DNA of 42,019 nt, taken from the IMG/VR virus record IMGVR_UViG_3300028812_000008, positions 1 to 42,019 of that record, one strand, 5' to 3'. This document shows, piece after piece, positions 34,764-42,019 of this stretch. The DNA comes from a virus (lineage: Duplodnaviria > Caudoviricetes). The position numbers and the translations under genes are program-made. The notes under the pieces were generated by a model. The model did not search any database, was not told the origin of the DNA, and saw only the letters and a list, made by a program, of their open reading frames with translations. The stretch's first letter is position 1; each line of letters begins with the position of its first letter.

Positions 34764-36433
34764 TGGCGGGTCCTCAGCTCCCACCGATGATCGCGGGATT
34801 CGGTTCCAGTTCCGACGGGGGCTGGAGCAACCGATTCGACGACGGCATCAAGATGATGGCGACTCGTCCCGACGACGCTCTGCTCGAGCTCGACCGCGCC
34901 GACTGCCAGACGCTCAAGGGATTCACGCGCGTCTTCTGGCCGATCATCGAGCCGGGACGCGAGCTCGTCGAGGGATGGGTCCTCGACGCTCTCGACGATC
35001 ACCTGACCGCGGTCTCGAGGGGACAGATCCGGAAGATCCTGATCAACGTTCCACCGGGCTGCATGAAGTCGCTCAAGGTCAACGTCCTCTGGCCCGCGTT
35101 CGAGTGGGGCCCGATGAAGATGCCCTGGCTCCGCTACGTCTGCGCGTCGTACTCGCAGGACCTGACCGTCCGCGACAATCGCCGCGCTCGCATGATCATC
35201 GACTCCCCTCGCTATCGTCAGCTCTACGGGCCCGAGGCGCCGGAGAGCTACGAGAAGTGGAGAGTCGAGCTGTCGTCCGACCAGGACGCGAAGGTCAAGT
35301 TCGAGAACACGAAGCGCGGATGGAAGATCGCCACGTCGGTCGGCGGCGCAGTGGTCGGCGAGCGTGGTGACCGCTTCATCATCGACGACCCTCACAACAT
35401 CAAGGTCGTCGAGAGCGACAAGATCCGCGAGGCGACTCTGCAGTGGTTCACCGAGGTCGTCCCGACTCGCGTGAACGACCCGGACAAGGCCGTCTTCGTC
35501 GTCATCATGCAGCGAGTCCACGAGCGCGACATCTCCGGCCTCATCCTGGCGAAGGAGCTCGGCTACGAGCACCTCTGTCTGCCGATGGAGTGGGAGAGCG
35601 ATCATCCGCATCGCTCGCGCTCGTCGATTCACTTCGTCGATCCGCGCGAGAAGGACGGCAAGGACGGCGCTCTGCTCTGGCCCGAGCGCTTCTCGGCTCG
35701 CTACCTCGAGGAGCTCAAGGAGCAGCTTCGCTCGTGGGGCGGCGGATACGCCGAGGCCGGTCAGCTTCAGCAGCGTCCCACGCCTCGCGGCGGCGGCATG
35801 TTCGCTCGCTCGCTCTGGCGCTTCTTCAAGTCGGGGATCGGCGGATACGAGGCCGCGGCTCGTCCTCACGGATGCGACATGTCGCCGGCCGAGCCTCGCC
35901 CTGCTCAGTTCGACTCGGTCTTCATGAGCGTCGACTGCGCGTTCAAGAGCACCGAGGCCGGATCGCGCGTCTCGTGCCTCGTCATCGGCACGCGAGGTCC
36001 GTTCCGCTACATCCTCGACAACGACACACGGGCGATGACGTTCACCGAGACGTGTCAGGCGATCGCTCAGTTCGACCCTCGCGGGAAGCTGATCGGCGGA
36101 CTGATGCATCGGTGGAACTGCATGTACGCGATCGTCGAGGACAAGGCGAACGGTCCTGCAGTCATCGACACGCTTCGCCAGAACCTCGCCGGCCTCATCC
36201 CCGTGAATCCCGAGGGCGGTAAGGAGGCGAGAGCGGCCGCGATGGAGCCGACGCTTCGCAGCGGTCACGTTCTGCTCCCCGAGGGAGCTCCGTGGCTCGA
36301 GGACTTCATCAGCGAGCACGCGTCGTTTCCCGTCGGCATGAGGGACGATCAGGTCGACGCTCTGTCGCAGGCGATCATCTACCTCGTCAACAACGAGGAC
36401 ATCTCTCGAGCGATCGCGATGAGCAGAACGTGA
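34763..36433 (+). CDS. terL: terminase large subunit
   Basis: INVPPGCMKS Walker A, GERGD.FIIDDPH Walker B, MQR.HE.D, QQRP, SVDCA and DDQVDA nuclease motifs. Confidence 0.95.
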   Translation: MAGPQLPPMIAGFGSSSDGGWSNRFDDGIKMMATRPDDALLELDRADCQTLKGFTRVFWPIIEPGRELVEGWVLDALDDHLTAVSRGQIRKILINVPPGCMKSLKVNVLWPAFEWGPMKMPWLRYVCASYSQDLTVRDNRRARMIIDSPRYRQLYGPEAPESYEKWRVELSSDQDAKVKFENTKRGWKIATSVGGAVVGERGDRFIIDDPHNIKVVESDKIREATLQWFTEVVPTRVNDPDKAVFVVIMQRVHERDISGLILAKELGYEHLCLPMEWESDHPHRSRSSIHFVDPREKDGKDGALLWPERFSARYLEELKEQLRSWGGGYAEAGQLQQRPTPRGGGMFARSLWRFFKSGIGGYEAAARPHGCDMSPAEPRPAQFDSVFMSVDCAFKSTEAGSRVSCLVIGTRGPFRYILDNDTRAMTFTETCQAIAQFDPRGKLIGGLMHRWNCMYAIVEDKANGPAVIDTLRQNLAGLIPVNPEGGKEARAAAMEPTLRSGHVLLPEGAPWLEDFISEHASFPVGMRDDQVDALSQAIIYLVNNEDISRAIAMSRT

Positions 36434-36750
36434 AGCTCAAGCGCACGAACAACGGGAAGGTCTCGTTCCTGTGTCCAGGATGCGGAGACCATCACGTCGT
36501 TCCAGTCGAGGGACCGGGAGCGTGGTTGTTCAACGGAAGCTTCGAGCGCCCGACGCTCCAACCGTCGCTTCTCGTTCGCAGCGGACACTACGCGTCGTCG
36601 CACAAAGAGGGCGATCCTTGCTGGTGTGGTAAGGACTACGACTTCAAGTGCTATCAGTGTCACTCCTTCGTCACTGACGGCAAGATTCAGTTCCTGACCG
36701 ACTGCTCGCACGAGCTGCGAGGACAGACGGTCGATCTAGCCACGATTTGA
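36430..36750 (+). CDS. Cys/His zinc-binding protein (DUF6527-like)
   Basis: F.CPGC...H, W.FNG...PT..PS, CHSFV.DG.IQFL.DC.H.L.GQTV.L. Confidence 0.7.
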   Translation: MKLKRTNNGKVSFLCPGCGDHHVVPVEGPGAWLFNGSFERPTLQPSLLVRSGHYASSHKEGDPCWCGKDYDFKCYQCHSFVTDGKIQFLTDCSHELRGQTVDLATI

Positions 36751-36870
36751 GGAATGCTCGGGTCGCCCGAGCTTCGGTTATCTCTTGCACAGATGCCTCC
36801 GCCGTTCGACTCGGCGATGGGACGGTTCCCAGGACCCCGAGGCTCAACACTTCATCCGAGCGGACTTCAC

Positions 36871-37791
36871 ATGAAGAGCAAGTATCCACATCTCCACGCG
36901 TACATGACCAAGTTCGAGCGCGAGACGCTCGACGGCGGCGACTGGGACGAGTCCAAGGTCGAGCGAGCCGAGAATGGACAGTTCGGGTCGGGCGGAGGCG
37001 GAGGAGGAAGCAAGAAGGAGTCGCTGAAGGTCGGCGCGACGATCTCGAAGGGCGGAAAGCCGTACGGAAAGATCTCTTCGATCAGCGGCGGAGTGGCCAC
37101 GATCGAGAAGATCTCCAAGACGACGGTCTCCACGAACAAGGTTCAGCAGACGAGGAGCGGCTCGCACATCGTCACGCTGAAGGAGCTCGAGGACGACAAG
37201 AAGTGGGGTGTGGAGGGTGCGAAGGCTCCATCGAGCGACAAGCATTCCATCGAGAAGCTCGCCGCGAGAACCGGATCGCGCTCGGGTCCGCTCGCGTCGG
37301 CTCACAACGCGATGGATCGCGCCGAGGCTGCCATCGAGAAGGGCGACTTCAAGAAGGCGGAGAAGGAGTTGAGCTCCGCCGCGAAGATGCACGAGACTGA
37401 CGCGGAGGACGCGCAGGACTTCGTGGTGAAGGACTCGCTCGCACGTCAGGCGAAGATCCGCGAGGCGATCGCCGCGAAGAAGGACCAGAAGCCCGGTTCG
37501 ACGATGGCGAAGAAGTCGGCCGAGCGAGCCGTCAAGGCCGCGGACGCTGCGAAGTCGGCGGCCGATCGCGTTCTCACGGCGAAGACCGACAAAGAGGCGA
37601 TCGACGCGATCAAGGATGCCGAGAAGGCCGTCAACGAGGCGCAGAAGCACGAGGAGGCCGCGGCCGACGATCCCTCTCGCGCGCTGAACACGCACACCGC
37701 GGCGAGCTCCAAGGCGACCAAGGCCCTCGACGAGGCCATGAAGCATCTCGAGCAGGCGAACAAGAACTTCGAGGCGAGGGGTCGAGGATAA
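36871..37791 (+). CDS. Lys/Ala-rich putative head-associated protein
   Basis: WDESKVERAENGQFGSGGGGGGSK motif, helical K/A-rich C-terminus; between TerL and portal. Confidence 0.7.
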   Translation: MKSKYPHLHAYMTKFERETLDGGDWDESKVERAENGQFGSGGGGGGSKKESLKVGATISKGGKPYGKISSISGGVATIEKISKTTVSTNKVQQTRSGSHIVTLKELEDDKKWGVEGAKAPSSDKHSIEKLAARTGSRSGPLASAHNAMDRAEAAIEKGDFKKAEKELSSAAKMHETDAEDAQDFVVKDSLARQAKIREAIAAKKDQKPGSTMAKKSAERAVKAADAAKSAADRVLTAKTDKEAIDAIKDAEKAVNEAQKHEEAAADDPSRALNTHTAASSKATKALDEAMKHLEQANKNFEARGRG

Positions 37792-40700
37792 GTGAGCTCG
37801 CCGTTCGCAAAGATCAACGACCTCCGCGGCACTGACCGCGAGATCGGCGAGACCGCGCCTGCTCAGTCGCGCATGGACGCTGCGAGTGCGGCGGCTCGCG
37901 TCGACGGATGGTTCAGCTCGCTCGCGGGATACGGGATCGAGGGTCGCGACAAGCGGATGTCGGCTCGCTTCCAGGGCGACCGACTCGACGACCAGACGAT
38001 CGAGGACCTCTGGCGCAGCGACGACATGGCGTCGCGCATCGTGGAGGTCGTTCCCGACGAGGCGATGCGCCCGGGGTACGAACTCAACGTCGGTGACAAG
38101 AAGCTCGCCGAGGAGCTCGCGTGGGAGATGGAGGAGCTCGGCGTCGACGACGTGCTTCGTCAGGCGAAGAAGATCGAGCGCGCGTTCGGCGGAGCTGCCA
38201 TCTTCCCGGTCATCAACGACACGCAGAAGGCGATGTCGCAGCCTCTCAACGAGGACAGGATCCAGAAGATCGAGCATCTTCAGGTCTTCGAGGCGAGGGA
38301 GCTGAGACCGTCGCGCTACTACTCGAATCCGCTCCGCCCGAAGTTCGGCGAGCCCGAGACGTATCTGCTCTTCCCTCAGGCGCGAGGGACGATGACGTCG
38401 TACGGTGGAGTCGAGATCCACGAGTCGCGTCTTGTCGTCTTCCCGGGCATCCGCGTGTCGCGGTCGCAGACGGCGACGAACCTCTGGGGCGACTCGGTCC
38501 TCAATCGCGTCTACGGCATCCTCCGCGACTACAATCTGTCGTGGGCGGCGACGACTGCGCTCCTCCACGACTTCGCTCAGGCCGCGTTCAAGATCAAGGG
38601 ACTCGCGCAGCTCATCGCGCAGGACCGCGACGACGTCATCCGGACGCGCATCCAGATGGTCGACCTCGCTCGGTCGACGATCCGCGCCGTCCTCATGGAC
38701 GCCGAGGAGGAGTTCGAGCGTAAGTCGACTCCAGTCAACGGCCTCGCCGAGCTTCTCACCGCGATGCTCACGCGCGTCGCGGCCGCGGCGGACATGCCCG
38801 TCACTCGCCTCTTCGGTCAGGCTCCGGCCGGACTGTCGGCGACCGGCGAGCACGAGATTCGTCAGTGGTACGACCGCGTCGACACCATTCGTCGGCTCGG
38901 TATGAAGCCTCAGCTCTCGCGTCTCATCTGTCTGCAGATGAAGTCGCGCTCGTCGGTGACGAGGGGCAAGGAGCCGAAGCGCTGGAGCGTGGAGTTCAAG
39001 CCACTCTGGCAGATGTCCGAGAAGGAGAAGGCCGACCATCGCAAGGTCGTCGCCGAGACGGACAACATCTACGTCCAGATGATGGCCGTCAGCCCGGAGG
39101 AGGTCGCCCTCTCGAGATGGGGCGGTGACGACTACTCCGCCGAGATGAACGTCAACTTCAAGGAGCGCGCGTTCCTCAATGAGCTCGGTGAGACCGTCGT
39201 TCCGCCTCCACCAACCAACAAGGGCGGAGCGCCTGGAGAGGAACCTCCTCCGGGAGCTCCTTCCGGCGATCCTTCGGCACCTCCGGGAGCTCCTTCCGGC
39301 GATCCTTCGGCACCTCCGGGAGCTCCTGACGAGAGCGTTCCATCGGGCGCTGAGCCGAAGGCCAAGGAACCTCCTCCGTTCGCCAAGAAGGGCGAGGAAG
39401 AGCCGACCGAAGAGCCGACCGGAGAGAAGAAGCCGCCGGTCGAGAACGACGACGGGACGCCCGCCGAGGCGGTGATCGAGGAGGTCGACGAGGACGGAGA
39501 CCCCGAGACCGCTCCTGCCGAGTATGTCACCATCAGCGTCAAGGGTCACGCGCGCAAGATCCGCCTCCGTCGCAAGCGGACGGAGAGTGCCGATCGCCAG
39601 GACTCGATCGCTCAGGCTCTGCTCGACCAGATCGCAGACGAGTTCGTCGCGCGCATGGACGAGAAGGAGTGGGACCCGGAGCTTCACCCGAAGGACGAGT
39701 CCGGGAAGTTCACGTCGACGGGAGGCGGAGGTGGTTCCAAGGACGAGAAGAAGGCTGCTGCGAAGGAGAAGGTCAAGGCGGCGATCGAGGCGTACAACGA
39801 TCTCGAGGACGTCTACGGAGACGACGAGGACAGTCAGAGCGATCCATATCATCCGCTGAGTCAGGCGAACGCTGCGATTGTCGCCGCGAAGGTCGAGCTC
39901 GCCGCTCTGGATAAGGACGACTTCTCGACTGGTGAGGACTCCGACACCGAGCTGACTCCTGCCGACGCGGCCGCTCACGCTCAGTCGAAGTTCGTCGACA
40001 CCGGCGAGGGACTCGAGCTCACCGCCACTCAGAAGATCAGCAGCGGAGCGTCGAAGAACTCGGCGCATCGCTCGGGTCGCGCGAAGTTCTTCGTCGATCA
40101 GCGACAGAATTATCTCGACAAGGCGGCGAAGGAGAAGGATCCGGCCAAGAAGGAGAAGCACCTCAAGGCCGCCGAGAAGTCGATGAAGCTCGCCGAGCGC
40201 CACGCGAAGGCCGCGGCGAAGTACGCGAAGGACGACAAGGAGAAGGCTCTCGCGCAGAAGGCCGCTCAGCTCGTCAAGGACGCGAAGGGCGGAAAGGCTC
40301 CTGCGTCGTCTCCGACTCCCTCCAAGCCGACCTCGAACGTCGACAAGATGGTCGCGGAGAACGAGGCGTACAAGAAGGAGCAGGAGTCGAAGTCGAAGGA
40401 GCTCGGAAAGCCGCTCGACGAGGCCGCGATCAAGGCGGCTGGTCTTCAGTACTACCCCGGACAGAAGGTCTTCGATCCTGGAGGCGACCATCTCGTCGTT
40501 CACGCGATCAGCGGAGCGGAGTACAAGGTCGACAAGGAGACGAAGAAGTTCACGGAGACGAAGCCGAAGCCGGCTCCTCCGCCTCCTGGTCCCCAGACGC
40601 AGACCGCGACGAAAGTCGCCGGCGAGATCGTCGGTACGCAGTCGCCGGAGCCTGGCTCGGAGCTCGAGGGGAAGCTGAAGGAGCTCGAGGCGGCGAAGCC

Positions 40701-41286
40701 GAAGTCGCTCGATCAGTTCTACGCCGAGCGCACGAAGCTCACCGGAAAGCTCACACCGGGCGAGAAGAAGGCCGCGCTGACGTACTCGGGCTCGGCCTAC
40801 TCGTCGATCAACTCTGCGCTGCGCTCCGACAAGATGCCGTCGGGTCATCAGACGACGGTCAAGAACCTCGACTCGATGTTCGACAGACCCGACGTGATCA
40901 CGAAGGAAGATCAGGTCGTGTATCGCGGCATGGGTTCGGCGAAGCTCTTCGAGGGCGCTGGACCCGGTACCGAATTCGTCGACAAGGGATACATGTCGAC
41001 CTCCGTGAAGAAGGAGTCGGCGTTCGGCGGTGACGTCGCCCTGGCGATTCACGTGCCGAAGGGCTCGCGCGCCGCGACCATCCCGTCGAAGATTCCCAGC
41101 GAGAACGAGACGCTCCTCCCGCGCGGAACCAGACTCGAGATCCTGAAGATCGAGAAGGTCAAGAGCCCGTACGGCGGAATGAAGACGGTCATCCACGCTC
41201 GCGCGCACACCGACGGAGGCAAGTCGGCCCCGACGAAGACCAGCGCGTACGACCCTGACGCCGACGACGACGAGGACGACGACTGA
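37792..41286 (+). CDS. portal protein (DUF1073/HI1409-type) fused to linker and C-terminal ADP-ribosyltransferase
   Basis: Portal: RIVE..PDEA.R.G, R.FGGA, IHESR, WG.SVL, AAAA.MP.TRLFG.AP.GLSATGE, F.PLWQ.S..EKA; ART: Y...INS.LR, VYRG, YMSTS, ENE.LLPRG. Confidence 0.9.
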   Translation: MSSPFAKINDLRGTDREIGETAPAQSRMDAASAAARVDGWFSSLAGYGIEGRDKRMSARFQGDRLDDQTIEDLWRSDDMASRIVEVVPDEAMRPGYELNVGDKKLAEELAWEMEELGVDDVLRQAKKIERAFGGAAIFPVINDTQKAMSQPLNEDRIQKIEHLQVFEARELRPSRYYSNPLRPKFGEPETYLLFPQARGTMTSYGGVEIHESRLVVFPGIRVSRSQTATNLWGDSVLNRVYGILRDYNLSWAATTALLHDFAQAAFKIKGLAQLIAQDRDDVIRTRIQMVDLARSTIRAVLMDAEEEFERKSTPVNGLAELLTAMLTRVAAAADMPVTRLFGQAPAGLSATGEHEIRQWYDRVDTIRRLGMKPQLSRLICLQMKSRSSVTRGKEPKRWSVEFKPLWQMSEKEKADHRKVVAETDNIYVQMMAVSPEEVALSRWGGDDYSAEMNVNFKERAFLNELGETVVPPPPTNKGGAPGEEPPPGAPSGDPSAPPGAPSGDPSAPPGAPDESVPSGAEPKAKEPPPFAKKGEEEPTEEPTGEKKPPVENDDGTPAEAVIEEVDEDGDPETAPAEYVTISVKGHARKIRLRRKRTESADRQDSIAQALLDQIADEFVARMDEKEWDPELHPKDESGKFTSTGGGGGSKDEKKAAAKEKVKAAIEAYNDLEDVYGDDEDSQSDPYHPLSQANAAIVAAKVELAALDKDDFSTGEDSDTELTPADAAAHAQSKFVDTGEGLELTATQKISSGASKNSAHRSGRAKFFVDQRQNYLDKAAKEKDPAKKEKHLKAAEKSMKLAERHAKAAAKYAKDDKEKALAQKAAQLVKDAKGGKAPASSPTPSKPTSNVDKMVAENEAYKKEQESKSKELGKPLDEAAIKAAGLQYYPGQKVFDPGGDHLVVHAISGAEYKVDKETKKFTETKPKPAPPPPGPQTQTATKVAGEIVGTQSPEPGSELEGKLKELEAAKPKSLDQFYAERTKLTGKLTPGEKKAALTYSGSAYSSINSALRSDKMPSGHQTTVKNLDSMFDRPDVITKEDQVVYRGMGSAKLFEGAGPGTEFVDKGYMSTSVKKESAFGGDVALAIHVPKGSRAATIPSKIPSENETLLPRGTRLEILKIEKVKSPYGGMKTVIHARAHTDGGKSAPTKTSAYDPDADDDEDDD
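39247..39327 (+). repeat. 33-bp tandem repeat (about 2.5 copies) encoding PPGAPSGDPSA
   Basis: CCTCCGGGAGCTCCTTCCGGCGATCCTTCGGCA twice plus a 15-bp partial copy. Confidence 0.95.
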
Positions 41287-41531
41287 TGGGAAACAACAGA
41301 CCCAACAAGTTCATCGACGACGGCGTCGGCCTCGTCTTCGATCACTCGAAGAAGCAGAAGGGCGCGGTCGAGCGCGAGCGGAAGCAGATCACCAAGGACT
41401 ACTCGATCGAGAAGGTCGAGGACGTCTGGCTCGTCTACGACGCGAGCGGCGAGGAGGTCGGCGACTGGGACACTGAGGAGGAGGCCGTCGACCACGCGAG
41501 GGTGATGCAGGAGTCGGACGACGTATCGTGA
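41286..41531 (+). CDS. small acidic hypothetical protein
   Basis: 81 aa; TGATG and GTGA coupling. Confidence 0.7.
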   Translation: MGNNRPNKFIDDGVGLVFDHSKKQKGAVERERKQITKDYSIEKVEDVWLVYDASGEEVGDWDTEEEAVDHARVMQESDDVS

Positions 41532-42019
41532 CTCAGACGTTCACAGCGCACGCGGTTCGTCTGCACCGATCGATCGGCATCGCCGGTCGTCGTCGGAGAA
41601 TGCCGCGTCAGGCGTCGTTCACACCGATCATCCGCGAGTACACGCGGCGTCTGGTGACGATCGTTCAGGCGACGCGCGACGCGATCGCTCCGCTGATGGC
41701 CGAGATTCCCGCGCTCGTCTCGTCGGCCAGTCAGCATCGTCAGCTCGTCACGCACGACGTCGTCTACTTCCGTCGCTACGACGCGGGCGAGAGCGGTCGC
41801 GTGAAGGCTCTGCTCAAGCGCGCGAAGGAGTCGCTTGCGGTGATGACTCAGCCGACTCAGCTCGAGCGCATCGCCGAGGAGTTCGCGCGTCGCACGAGCG
41901 AGCACTCGAAGGCTCAGCTGAAGAAGCAGACGATCGCCGCGCTCGGTGTCGACGTTCTGCCGAACGACTCGCTCATCGCGTCGCACATGCAGGACTTCGT
42001 CGCGTCGAACGTGTCGCTG
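41528..42019 (+). CDS. head morphogenesis protein (MuF/SPP1 gp7-like), truncated by window edge
   Basis: Open frame from GTG 41528 to the end: ...IREY.RRL...LGVDVL......F...NVSL; position after portal. Confidence 0.65.
   Translation, partial: MTQTFTAHAVRLHRSIGIAGRRRRMPRQASFTPIIREYTRRLVTIVQATRDAIAPLMAEIPALVSSASQHRQLVTHDVVYFRRYDAGESGRVKALLKRAKESLAVMTQPTQLERIAEEFARRTSEHSKAQLKKQTIAALGVDVLPNDSLIASHMQDFVASNVSL

Noticed and set aside
39247-39327. CRISPR-like repeat array
   Set aside because: Head-to-tail in-frame coding repeat with no spacers
36844-41208. 1454-aa minus-strand ORF
   Set aside because: Antisense shadow of the plus-strand head genes; L/R/V-rich without motifs, as expected from high-GC codon bias
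1-42019. Prophage or host chromosomal context
   Set aside because: No integrase, att-flanked junction or host housekeeping genes seen; lifestyle cannot be determined from this window

Overview
This is a high-GC fragment of a tailed dsDNA phage genome with two divergent arms. The left arm (about 1-33.7 kb) is almost entirely on the minus strand and tightly translationally coupled by ATGA/GTGA/TGATG overlaps. It carries replication genes: family A DNA polymerase, DEDDh exonuclease, SNF2-type helicase, and a RepB-like primase and SF3 helicase in separate ORFs. It also carries a thymidine replacement/hypermodification set: dCMP deaminase, dUMP hydroxymethylase-type thymidylate synthase homologue, HD hydrolase, Nmad1/DUF1599-like protein, P-loop kinase, 5-hmdU DNA kinase and amino acid:DNA transferase. 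These are interleaved with an amidoligase, a class II glutamine amidotransferase and a SAM methyltransferase, which together suggest an undescribed modified base. The same arm holds candidate anti-defence genes, an ARC/Mpa-like AAA+ ATPase, tRNA-Arg(UCU) and two aberrant tRNA-like RNAs. The right arm (plus strand, from about 34.2 kb) begins the morphogenesis module: TerS, TerL, a 1164-aa portal fused to a C-terminal R-S-E ADP-ribosyltransferase, and the start of a MuF-like head protein. All family calls come from motif recognition by eye; no database searches were run.
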